In this document: positions 9,368 to 17,048 of the stretch, one piece after another
Numbering within the stretch: the first letter of the stretch is position 1
Layout of the letters: each line of letters opens with the position of its first letter
Origin: Rhodospirillales bacterium
GTDB lineage: Bacteria > Pseudomonadota > Alphaproteobacteria > Kiloniellales > JACOMY01
Assembly: GCA_965227565.1 (NCBI GenBank)
Contig: OZ245764.1
Coordinates: forward strand, 5,623,834-5,687,833
DNA: 64,000 bases
Direction of reading: 5' to 3'
The notes under the pieces: generated by a model
What the model was told of the DNA's origin: nothing
The model's input: only the letters and a program-made list of their open reading frames with translations
The model's database searches: none
Program-made: the position numbers and the translations under genes

Positions 9368-10125
9368 CGCGTCCCGGGCGGGTGCTTGGCCAGCCACCAG
9401 TAGGCCCGCAGCCGGTCCAGCCGCCGCGCCAGCTTGCGGCGTAGCCAGCCCAGCGGCGCGCGTCCGGGCGGCTTGGCGGGATGGATGTAGGACTGGCCCT
9501 CGTCGTCGTGGCTGACCCGGTAGGGCTCGATGGCGAGTGCGGCCACGCCGTGGCGCCAGTAGGCGTCCATGTGGTCGTCCACCGGCTCGAACCAGACCCT
9601 GGCGTCCTCGAGGTAACGCTCGGCGCCGGCGGGGGTAAGGAAGTAGGCCTGAGTGCCGCCCGGGCCCTTGTTGTGGCGCACCAGGCGGTAGCCCTCGCCC
9701 AGGTCGGCGATGAGCCGCGGCTGGCGGCCGCGCTGCAGGGCGCAGAGGCGGATCATGGGGTAGCGCCCGGCCAGCGAGCGCGCCAGGCCGACGGCCCTGG
9801 CGAAGCCCGCGTCGATCCTGACGTCGTCCTCCATGACGACGGCCGGCTTTCCGCTCTTCAGGATCCGCTGCCAGAGCAGGTAGTGGCTGGCGAAGCAGCC
9901 GAGCTCTGCGGGTACCAGCGGCAGGCCGCGCCGGGCGAGCGTCCTGGCCTCGTCATAGCGGCTGTGGGGCAGGTGCTCTCCCGCCCTGGCGTCGATCGCG
10001 GAAAAGCGCTCCGGCTGTAGGCCCTCGCGGGCGAGACCGGCAGAGACCTTGGTCCAGCGCTCCGGGGCGCGGTCCAGGTTGACGACGTAGATCGGCGGGT
10101 CTTGCCTTTTCGGGGGGGCGGGCAT
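9364..10125 (-). CDS. Glycosyltransferase family 25 (LPS/LOS biosynthesis type)
   Basis: YVVNLDRAPERW...FSAIDA...GCFASHYLLWQ...VMEDDV is the GT25 signature. Start taken at MPAPPKRQ (10125); the track ORF extends to 10185. Confidence 0.8.
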   Translation of the reverse strand: MPAPPKRQDPPIYVVNLDRAPERWTKVSAGLAREGLQPERFSAIDARAGEHLPHSRYDEARTLARRGLPLVPAELGCFASHYLLWQRILKSGKPAVVMEDDVRIDAGFARAVGLARSLAGRYPMIRLCALQRGRQPRLIADLGEGYRLVRHNKGPGGTQAYFLTPAGAERYLEDARVWFEPVDDHMDAYWRHGVAALAIEPYRVSHDDEGQSYIHPAKPPGRAPLGWLRRKLARRLDRLRAYWWLAKHPPGTR

Positions 10126-10342
10126 ACATGCAGGTCCGTGACGGGGTGGCGCGCCTAACCTTGCTTCCTTCGCCGCCGATCGCAACAGCCGGATGGGCGC
10201 TGCTGCGCGGCGCGGCGTCGGGCTTGACCTGGAAGGCGGCCTGGCTATACTCCCGCGCTCTGTTCAAGGGCGGTCGTGGTGCCGCTCCCCTCCTGACGGA
10301 CGGGCGCGCCCGACCGCGTTTTGCTGTTTCGGACCGAGAGAC

Positions 10343-10468
10343 ATGAAGATCAAGAACTCGCTGCGCACCGCCAAGCTGCGCGACAAGAACTGCCGCGTCG
10401 TCCGCCGCCGCGGCCGGGTCTACGTGATCAACAAGAAGGACCCGCGCTACAAGGCCCGCCAGGGCTGA
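10343..10468 (+). CDS. rpmJ: 50S ribosomal protein L36 (41-aa type)
   Basis: [44 protein letters not shown] at 10343, inside track ORF 10193-10468. Confidence 0.9.
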   Translation: MKIKNSLRTAKLRDKNCRVVRRRGRVYVINKKDPRYKARQG

Positions 10469-10535
10469 GGCGCGGCCCCGGCAGGCGAATCGACCGGGAT
10501 TCGCTGCAGGGCCTGACGGGATCGCCGACAGAAGG

Positions 10536-10569
10536 CCACGCAGGCGCTCCTCGCGCCCGCGTGGTTTTT
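10536..10569 (+). terminator. Intrinsic terminator of rpmJ
   Basis: 12-bp stem CCACGCAGGCGC(10536-10547)/GCGCCCGCGTGG(10553-10564) with one mismatch and a 5-nt loop, followed by TTTTT. A second small hairpin plus T-run follows at about 10582-10600. Confidence 0.6.
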
Positions 10570-10651
10570 GGCGTTTTCGCCGCGGCATGCCGCTTTTTCT
10601 TGGACGGACTCCGATCCTGTGCTTAGCCTCGGACTCGTGGTTCCAACAGAG

Positions 10652-10667
10652 AGAAAGGAGGTGATCC
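10652..10667 (+). promoter_or_regulatory. Extended Shine-Dalgarno: 16-nt perfect complement of the 16S rRNA 3' end
   Basis: AGAAAGGAGGTGATCC is the reverse complement of ...GGAUCACCUCCUUUCU-3'. The GGAGG core lies 7 nt before ATG 10669. Confidence 0.5.
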
Positions 10668-10668
10668 T

Positions 10669-10746
10669 ATGTCGAGTGATCTGCGGAGTTCGGACACCCT
10701 GGGTTTGCAGTGCCGGCAAGGGAGCAGCCTCCTCGGCCGGTGCTGA
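10669..10746 (+). CDS. Candidate small ORF, 25 aa (MSSDLRSSDTLGLQCRQGSSLLGRC)
   Basis: ATG placed optimally behind the extended SD, with a TGA stop. Too short for the ORF track. The 3' half folds as CCGGC..GGAG-CAGC-CTCC..GCCGG. Confidence 0.3.
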   Translation: MSSDLRSSDTLGLQCRQGSSLLGRC

Positions 10747-10812
10747 CCTCCAATCTCTTCCCAGAGATGGGATGATCAGGGCTGAACCGAGCGGCCCAGT
10801 CACGTAAAGCGG

Positions 10813-10842
10813 GGGCGGTCCTTCCGAAAGGAGGGGCCGCCC
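10813..10842 (-). terminator. Hairpin downstream of the patatin gene
   Basis: 13-bp stem (GGGCGGTCCTTCC / GGAGGGGCCGCCC, including G-U pairs) closing a GAAA tetraloop. The minus strand continues CCGCTTTACG. Confidence 0.45.
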
Positions 10843-10850
10843 TCGGCTCG

Positions 10851-12119
10851 TCAGGGCCAGACAGCGTAGCCCGGCGGGTTTGGCTGCCAGCGATCGCCGG
10901 CCAGTCCATGCTCGTAGCCAAGGTCGTAGAGCGCTTTCATGTAGACGGGATCGAAAACCTCATTCGATTCGCCATCGAACTCTTCTGGAATCCAGATGAT
11001 GTTAAGGTCGATGCCGTCGCGCTGTGCGATCGCGAAGATCTTGTAGATGTCGCCGGTTCCCGCACCGCTCAGCAGGCTGCTGGCTGAGGAGCCTGCGATT
11101 GAAAAAAGGCGGGGACGGACTGGGGCGTAAGGCTTCGAAAGCTTGTTGTTGATGATGACGAAGACCTCACGCTCCATCTTGATGCCCATCGCTTCGTCCA
11201 ACTCCCTCAAGGGAAGATCCGCACTGAAGAGCATCACCTGCTGGGTGGCGCCGCCATCGACATGCATCTCGTCGTAGTGGAGACCGGCTTGGGTTTCGAC
11301 GGGAATCAAGACCGGTGGGAAGACTGCCGGCACTGCTGATGAGGCTTGGATGACGTCGTGAATCAGAACCTTGGCTTTGGGGTGCCCGCTCGCAGCGATC
11401 GCGCTGACGTTCCAGATAACGGGCCGCGCGGCATCGAGGTTGGTGGTTCCGATGAGCAGCGTTCGGCCTTCGTCGTGGGCCTTGGCGAGCTTCTGAACCA
11501 GTTCGTCATCGACATATTTCTCGATCAGCTTGCGGTAACCGCGCGCATCGGTAAGGGCAGTGCCGCCGGTCAGGCCGGCGAAGATGGTGCGGGTGAAGAG
11601 CTGATCGCTCGTGTAGGTCGTATAGGCCTCGGTTAGCTGGTCATCGTAGACCGGACCTAGAAAGGCAAAGACCGCGACGATGGCGCCGGTGCTGATGCCG
11701 GTGACAACGTCGAAAGTCGGCCGGTCGCCGCGTGCCGTCCAACCATTCAAATAGCCGGCACCGTAGGCTCCATCGGCGGCGCCGCCGGAGAGGGCTAGAG
11801 AGACCTCCGGAATGGGCTGCCCGGCTTCGACCAGTGCTGCTTTGGCCGTTCGGATTCGCTCGGCCCTCTTCTCGACCAAGGCTTTCATCTGCAATGCATT
11901 CAGTTCCAGCTGATCACCCCAGGCCCGGACGAGGCCGTCGTCAACATGGATACCGTAGGGTGCCGCCGTGGCGATCTGATTCTCCGGGATCGCGTTCCGG
12001 GTCAACACCGTCGTGCAGGCAGAAAGTAAGACTAACGAAAGAACCGCTAGGGCCGGAAGGAGTCCCGTCACCTCTGTTGGTCGGTTCGGACCGGATCCAG
12101 GTGCAACAAATTCAGCCAC
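10851..12119 (-). CDS. Patatin-like phospholipase, predicted lipoprotein
   Basis: Oxyanion SGGAADGAYG, nucleophile GISTG, catalytic VDGG, and lipobox LLSAC near the N-terminus. Visibly lower GC than its neighbours. Confidence 0.85.
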   Translation of the reverse strand: MAEFVAPGSGPNRPTEVTGLLPALAVLSLVLLSACTTVLTRNAIPENQIATAAPYGIHVDDGLVRAWGDQLELNALQMKALVEKRAERIRTAKAALVEAGQPIPEVSLALSGGAADGAYGAGYLNGWTARGDRPTFDVVTGISTGAIVAVFAFLGPVYDDQLTEAYTTYTSDQLFTRTIFAGLTGGTALTDARGYRKLIEKYVDDELVQKLAKAHDEGRTLLIGTTNLDAARPVIWNVSAIAASGHPKAKVLIHDVIQASSAVPAVFPPVLIPVETQAGLHYDEMHVDGGATQQVMLFSADLPLRELDEAMGIKMEREVFVIINNKLSKPYAPVRPRLFSIAGSSASSLLSGAGTGDIYKIFAIAQRDGIDLNIIWIPEEFDGESNEVFDPVYMKALYDLGYEHGLAGDRWQPNPPGYAVWP

Positions 12120-12253
12120 CGTCTCGTTTCCTCTTATTGGCCCTTAATCTCTCGATGTTAGTGCAAGAGCTTGGAAGAAGCACCCTCGCTTAAGCGCATC
12201 TGGGTGGTGGGGGAGGGGCGATCAGGAAGACCCATTCACCATGCACCGTCTGG

Positions 12254-12733
12254 TCATCGGTTGCAGAGCCGTTCGAGAGCCAGCGCCGACGTGCCGATCG
12301 CCAGGGACTGGGTCGCATTGCTGGCGACCGCGATTGCCACCACCTCATCGCCTTCACTCCCCCGACGCAGCAGAGGTGCACCGGAGTTCCCCGGCGCCAG
12401 GGGGCAGCCGAGCCGTACGCCGCCCTCGGCGCTTGCTTGCCCGACGGGACAGGGTGTCTCGTGTAAGCGATGCACCACCGGGCTGCCGTAGCCTGCAGCG
12501 AGCAGGGTCTCGCCCGGCGCCGGCGGCTCTCGAGCAAGCGCCAGCGGTGCCGTTCGGGCAGGCTCTCCGAGGCACAGGGCTGCCAGATCTTGCCCGAGGT
12601 CGACCAGCGACACCGGCTGCAGGTGTTCCGACCATTGCCCGCGGTCGTAGCCCAGCAGCAGGTGGCTCTCGGCCGGATCGAGGCCCGTCAGGCAGTGGGC
12701 TGCGGTCAAGGCTAGGTGTGGCGCGACCAGCAC
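12254..12733 (-). CDS. Trypsin-like (S1) serine protease; 5' end problematic
   Basis: TAAHC (His) and GNSGAP (Ser) motifs. The track start is GTG 12733. The same frame stays open upstream to 12892 and encodes an [30 protein letters not shown] signal peptide without any ATG/GTG/TTG. Confidence 0.6.
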   Translation of the reverse strand: MLVAPHLALTAAHCLTGLDPAESHLLLGYDRGQWSEHLQPVSLVDLGQDLAALCLGEPARTAPLALAREPPAPGETLLAAGYGSPVVHRLHETPCPVGQASAEGGVRLGCPLAPGNSGAPLLRRGSEGDEVVAIAVASNATQSLAIGTSALALERLCNR

Positions 12734-12888
12734 GGCCGTGCAGTGGCGCTTCTGCCGGTAGCCGGCGTGGTTGAGGCGGCCGATCGCCGACTGGGCAGCG
12801 GCATCGAAGGCGAGGAGAATGACCAGCAGAAAGCAAAGAAGCGCCGGGCCCGCAATCGCGAGCGACCGGCGCTTCCTCGGTCCTGATT

Positions 12889-12965
12889 TGGTCGGGGAGA
12901 GAGGATTCGAACCTCCGGCCCCTGCGTCCCGAACACAGTGCTCTACCAGGCTGAGCTACTCCCCG
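12889..12965 (-). tRNA. tRNA-Pro (anticodon CGG)
   Basis: The minus strand reads CGGGGAGTAGCTCAGCCTGGTAGAGCACTGTGTTCGGGACGCAGGGGCCGGAGGTTCGAATCCTCTCTCCCCGACCA. It forms a 7-bp acceptor stem, D arm, anticodon loop TTCGGGA, T arm GGAGG/CCTCT with TTCGAAT, and an encoded CCA. Length 77 nt. Confidence 0.92.
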
Positions 12966-13027
12966 GTGGGCCGCCGCCGTCCGCCCGCGAAGGGTGATCC
13001 GCATCGCTTGCGAACGGAGAGGCGCGG

Positions 13028-13056
13028 TGTATAGCCTCTGGCGTTTGCGCTGGCAA
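13028..13056 (-). promoter_or_regulatory. Possible sigma70-type promoter for tRNA-Pro
   Basis: The minus strand reads TTGCCA (13056-13051), a 17-nt spacer, then TATACA (13033-13028), about 55-60 nt upstream of the tRNA 5' end. It sits just after a GC hairpin plus TTTTTG that could terminate the EF-hand gene. Confidence 0.3.
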
Positions 13057-13139
13057 CAAAAAGGCGCCGCCGCCAACGCGCCGACAGGGCAGGCATTCGC
13101 CAAGAGCAGATGTGGAGGCGCCGGCCCCCGCTACCGGGC

Positions 13140-13451
13140 CTAGTCGCTCTGCTGCAGCTTCTTGATCTCGTCCACGGAGGTGGTGCCGTCGCCGTCCGGG
13201 TCGAGGAAGTTGAAGAGGTTGCCGAAGTGGAGGTCCCACTCGCCCTTGTCCACCACCCCGTCGCCGTTGGCATCGGCTGCCTGCCAGCACATGTCGGACA
13301 GCTTGGACCAGCCCTGCCGGGTCGTGGCCAGCCCGTCTGCCTTGTAGAAGTGCATGACGGCAGGGTCGCAGCCGTCGTCGGCCGCGGCCGGGGCTGCAAG
13401 GAAGCCCGTTCCGGCGGCCAGCAGGGCGGCGGGAAGAAGAAGGTGACGCAT
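13140..13451 (-). CDS. Secreted EF-hand calcium-binding protein (103 aa)
   Basis: Start at MRHLLLPAALLAAGTGFLAAPAAA (signal peptide), inside track ORF 13140-13637. Two canonical 12-residue loops: DANGDGVVDKGE and DPDGDGTTSVDE. Confidence 0.75.
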   Translation of the reverse strand: MRHLLLPAALLAAGTGFLAAPAAADDGCDPAVMHFYKADGLATTRQGWSKLSDMCWQAADANGDGVVDKGEWDLHFGNLFNFLDPDGDGTTSVDEIKKLQQSD

Positions 13452-13748
13452 GACGGCTGCTCCTCTGATCGATCGATTTCCGGCGAGCCTAAGCGGCGGC
13501 AAGAGAGGTGGCAAGACAGGGCTTCCTCGGTTCGGCGAAGAGCTTTGCAAAGCCGGTAAAAAGGCGAGAAAAACGCCAGCTTTGCTGCCTTTTTTGGCCT
13601 TGTGGCATTCCCTGGGCCTCGTTACAGTCTGCGCCAATCAGCGGGGAGCAATGAGAATTCTCCGGTGAGGAGGCTTGTTGAATCGCGTCGCCCATCGGTA
13701 AGGCGACAAGATCCGCATCACTTCGGGTGATTTCTGGGAGGAGAGAGC

Positions 13749-14804
13749 ATGACTTTTGCAAAACGTATCGCTGCAGCGGCGAGTGCTGTGGCCCTGACCG
13801 CGACGCTGGGCGTCGCCGTCGACGGGTCGGCAGATGCCCGTCCGGTCCGCTGGGACATGCAGAGCACCTATCCGGGCTCGCTGACCCAGCTCGGAACCCT
13901 GGGCAAGCGCATCGACCAGCAGATCGGCCTGGTGTCCGACGGCGAGATCCGGATCACCTTCCAGGAGCCCGGCGCCATCGTCCCGGCCCTGGAGGTCTTC
14001 GACGCGGTCGCCAGCGGCGCCGTCGATGCCGGCTGGTCGACGCCGGGCTACTGGGCCGGCAAGGTGCCGGCGCTGCAGCTCTTTGCCGCCGTGCCCTTCG
14101 GCCCGGCTGCTCCGGAGTACCTCGCCTGGTTCTACTTCGGCGGCGGGCGCCCGATCTTCGAAGAGATCTATGCCAAGCACGGCATCTACTCCGAGATGTG
14201 CGGCGTCATCGCGCCGGAGGCCTCCGGCTGGTTCCGCAAGGAGATCAAGTCGCCGGAGGATCTGAAGGGCCTGAAGATGCGCTTCTTCGGCCTGGGCGCC
14301 AAGGTGATGGAGAAGATGGGCGTCTCGACCCAGCTCCTTGCCGGCGGCGACATCTATCCGGCACTCGAGCTCGGCACCATCGATGCGACGGAATTCTCCA
14401 TGCCCGCCATCGACCTGAAGCTGGGCTTCTACCAGGTGGCCGGCCACTACTACTTCCCGGGCTGGCACCAGCAGTCGACCATGTTCGACCTGATGATGAA
14501 CAAGGCGGCCTATGATGAGCTGACCGACGTCCAGAAGGCGCAGATCGCCGCCGTGTGCGGCGACAGCGTGCGTTTCGGTCTGGTGGAGGGCGAGGCCATC
14601 CAGTTCGCAGCCCTGAAGGAGCTGCAGGAGAAGGGCGTCCAGATCCACAAGTGGCCGCCCGAGATGCTGGCTGCCTTCGAGAAGGCCTGGGACGAGGTCG
14701 CCCAGGAGCTGCAGAGCGATCCCGAGTTCAAGAAGGCCTGGGACAGCCTGCAGGCCTTCCGCGACAACTACGGGGTTTGGCGGGACCTCGGCTATCTGAA
14801 CTAG
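13749..14804 (+). CDS. TRAP transporter substrate-binding protein (COG4663-like)
   Basis: 351 aa with a signal peptide and DctP-superfamily similarity. Followed by Q and M subunits. Confidence 0.85.
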   Translation: MTFAKRIAAAASAVALTATLGVAVDGSADARPVRWDMQSTYPGSLTQLGTLGKRIDQQIGLVSDGEIRITFQEPGAIVPALEVFDAVASGAVDAGWSTPGYWAGKVPALQLFAAVPFGPAAPEYLAWFYFGGGRPIFEEIYAKHGIYSEMCGVIAPEASGWFRKEIKSPEDLKGLKMRFFGLGAKVMEKMGVSTQLLAGGDIYPALELGTIDATEFSMPAIDLKLGFYQVAGHYYFPGWHQQSTMFDLMMNKAAYDELTDVQKAQIAAVCGDSVRFGLVEGEAIQFAALKELQEKGVQIHKWPPEMLAAFEKAWDEVAQELQSDPEFKKAWDSLQAFRDNYGVWRDLGYLN

Positions 14805-14929
14805 GTCGCCTGAGGGCAGGGGCGTCGGCGGCGGCCTGCCGGCGACGCTCACGTCCGGCGAACCTCTCGATAGCAGTCCGACCGCGGGTGCCTGCCGGGC
14901 TCTCGCGGTTCGGGCTCTTTGGCCGGGGA

Positions 14930-14957
14930 GGGGGGAGACCTCCCCCCGCGCTTTTTT
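14930..14957 (+). terminator. Intercistronic hairpin plus T-run between the TRAP P and Q genes (attenuator/terminator)
   Basis: GGGGGGA(14930-14936), loop GACC, TCCCCCC(14941-14947), then GCGCTTTTTT. Confidence 0.5.
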
Positions 14958-14971
14958 GAGGTCCCCTGTTG

Positions 14972-15670
14972 ATGCGCGCACTCCTATCGATCAGCGATGG
15001 GCTATCCGCAGTCACCGACTTCGTCGGTCGAATGGCAGCCTGGCTCTTCATTCCCATGGCGCTGGTCATTCTCTACGACGTCATCCAGCGCAAGCTGCTG
15101 AACGTCTTTCCCGATTTCCAGCAGACCCTGCTCTACGACATCCTGCCCTCGACCAAGGCGCAGGAGCTGGAGTGGCATCTGCACGGCTTCCTCTTCATGC
15201 TCTGTCTGGGCTTCGCCTACGTGCGCAACGGCCATGTGCGGGTCGAGTTGCTGCGCGACCGCTTCTCGCAGCGCACGCGCGCCTGGATCGAGCTCCTGGG
15301 CTGCCTGCTCTTCGTCCTGCCCTATGCGCTGCTGGTGGTCGACCTCTCGGCAACGCTGCTGGTCGCCAGTTCCTATTCCATGAACGAGGGCTCTTCCGCC
15401 ACGACGGGGCTGCCGATGCGCTGGATCATCAAGTCCAGCCTGGTGATCGGTTTCGGTTTCCTGGCGATCGCCGCGCTCTCGATCATGCTGCGCCACATCG
15501 TCTTTCTCTTCGGGCCCGAAGAGCTGCGCCTGCGCGCCAACCGCTACGTCGTGGGCGAGGGCATCGAAGACCTGAAGCACGAGGTGGAGGAGGAACTGGA
15601 GCGCGATGCCATGGTGCATCCAGAACACCATTTCCGCGATTCCGGTTCCTCTAACGGGCGGCAGGGATAG
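14972..15670 (+). CDS. TRAP transporter small permease (DctQ-like)
   Basis: 4-TM protein. ATG at 14972, one codon after the TTG used by the track. Confidence 0.8.
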   Translation: MRALLSISDGLSAVTDFVGRMAAWLFIPMALVILYDVIQRKLLNVFPDFQQTLLYDILPSTKAQELEWHLHGFLFMLCLGFAYVRNGHVRVELLRDRFSQRTRAWIELLGCLLFVLPYALLVVDLSATLLVASSYSMNEGSSATTGLPMRWIIKSSLVIGFGFLAIAALSIMLRHIVFLFGPEELRLRANRYVVGEGIEDLKHEVEEELERDAMVHPEHHFRDSGSSNGRQG

Positions 15671-15675
15671 CGGCC

Positions 15676-17037
15676 ATGCCTTGGTATGAGATCCTGCCGA
15701 CCGCCATGCTGCTGTTCATGGCGATCTTGATCTTCACCGGTTTTCCCGTTGCCCTGGTCCTGGGCGGCCTGGGCCTGGCCTTCGGCCTGATCGGGATTGC
15801 GGTCGGCGAGTTCCGCCTGGTCCACTTCAATGCCCTGCCGCTGCGCATCTATGCAGGCTCGGTGGAGAACATCATCCTGGTGGCCATACCCATGTTCATC
15901 TTCATGGGGACCATGCTGGAGAAATCCGGCATTGCCGAGGATCTGCTCTTCACCTTGCAGCTTCTGACCAGGCGCCTTCCCGGCGGCCTGGCACTTTCGG
16001 TCACCCTGCTGGGAACCATCCTAGCGGCGACCACCGGGATCATCGGCGCCTCCGTCGTGCTGCTGACCCTCATGGCTCTGCCGGAGATGCTGAGGCGTGG
16101 CTACTCCGAGGAGCTGGCGACCGGTACCATCGCCTCCTCGGGCACCTTGGGAATCCTCATTCCGCCCTCGATCATGCTGGTCCTGATGGCCGATCAGCTC
16201 AGTGTCCCGGTGGGCGTTCTCTTCATCGGTGCCCTCTTCCCGGGCCTGCTGCTCGCCGGTCTCTACGTCGTCTACATCGTCACCAAGGCGAGCCTGCAGC
16301 CGCATCTGGCACCGCCGATGGTGGGCGACGAGGATCACAGCAACACGGCCCTTGCGGGCATGGTAATCAAGACCTTCATCCCGCCGGTCTTCCTGATCGT
16401 CCTGGTGCTGGGCTCCATCTTTGCCGGCTGGGCCACGCCGACCGAGGCCTCGGGCATCGGCGCGCTGGGGGCGACCCTGCTCGCCATCTTCAAGCGGCGG
16501 CTGTCCTATGCCGTGCTGAAGGACGTCTGCTATCGCGCCGCCGTGACCAACGCCATGATCTTCGGCATCTTCGTCGGCGCCACCTGCTTCTCGCTGGTTT
16601 TCAAGCGCCTGGGCGGCGACTTCCTGATCGAGGAGCTGATCAACAGCCTGGGGGTGGGACCCTGGGGCATCCTCGGCATGATCATGGTGGTGGTGTTCCT
16701 GCTGGGCTTCTTCCTGGACTGGATCGAGATCACCCTGATCGTGCTGCCGATCTTCGCCCCGATCATCGCCGCGCTCGATTTCGGCGGCCACGTCGGCAAC
16801 CCGGCGATGATGCTGCCCTGGTTTGCGATCCTGCTTGCCGTGAACCTGCAGACCTCCTTCCTGACACCGCCCTTCGGCTTCGCCCTCTTCTACATGAAGG
16901 GGGCGGCGAAGGGCGTCAGGATCCAGGCGATCTATCGCGGGATCGTCCCCTTCGTCGTGCTTCAGCTCATCGGGCTCGGCTTCTGCATCGTCTTTCCGGA
17001 GATCGTGACATGGCTACCGCTCGCGGTTCTGGAGTAA
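15676..17037 (+). CDS. TRAP transporter large permease (DctM-like)
   Basis: 453 aa, polytopic, DctM-family sequence. Confidence 0.9.
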   Translation: MPWYEILPTAMLLFMAILIFTGFPVALVLGGLGLAFGLIGIAVGEFRLVHFNALPLRIYAGSVENIILVAIPMFIFMGTMLEKSGIAEDLLFTLQLLTRRLPGGLALSVTLLGTILAATTGIIGASVVLLTLMALPEMLRRGYSEELATGTIASSGTLGILIPPSIMLVLMADQLSVPVGVLFIGALFPGLLLAGLYVVYIVTKASLQPHLAPPMVGDEDHSNTALAGMVIKTFIPPVFLIVLVLGSIFAGWATPTEASGIGALGATLLAIFKRRLSYAVLKDVCYRAAVTNAMIFGIFVGATCFSLVFKRLGGDFLIEELINSLGVGPWGILGMIMVVVFLLGFFLDWIEITLIVLPIFAPIIAALDFGGHVGNPAMMLPWFAILLAVNLQTSFLTPPFGFALFYMKGAAKGVRIQAIYRGIVPFVVLQLIGLGFCIVFPEIVTWLPLAVLE

Positions 17038-17048
17038 GCCGGCGCGCG

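Noticed and set aside
10652-10690. Possibility that the anti-SD complement is an inverted fragment of a 16S rRNA gene.
   Set aside because: On the minus strand, the bases preceding GGATCACCTCCTTTCT (CCGCAGATCACTCGACATA) do not match the conserved 16S sequence (GAACCTGCGGCTG...). Only the terminal 16 nt match.
10700-10745. SRP (4.5S) RNA-like motif CAGTGCCGGCAAGGGAGCAGCC, which resembles CAGGUCCGGAAGGAAGCAGCC of domain IV.
   Set aside because: The flanks do not form the long complementary 5'/3' arms required of an SRP RNA hairpin. The loop is not a clean GNRA closed by C-G pairs. The segment is better explained as the 3' half of the small ORF and its local hairpin.
12205-12223. Possible att-like direct repeat of the tRNA-Pro 3' end (TGGTGGGGGAGGGGCGATC versus TGGTCGGGGAGAGAGGATTC).
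   Set aside because: Only 14 of 19 positions match, and the sequence is a G-run in a GC-rich genome. This is easily chance, and no integrase is nearby.
12712-12936. 74-aa track ORF (and the 12354-13103 ORF) overlapping the tRNA-Pro gene.
   Set aside because: They start inside or run across a well-folded tRNA gene and are out of frame with the protease. They are GC-driven artefacts.
13452-13748. AT-richer 297-bp leader of the first TRAP operon, with the palindrome GCTTTGCAAAGC and several small hairpins, considered as a possible regulatory RNA.
   Set aside because: It matches no known RNA family from memory. It is most simply a divergent promoter/operator region, and this cannot be tested without comparative data.
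17010-17048. Track start at 17010 for the small lipoprotein (a Tat-like SRRAML motif).
   Set aside because: It would overlap the dctM 3' end by 28 nt. The internal ATG at 17049 still gives a complete lipobox signal peptide. The question is left unresolved, with low confidence.
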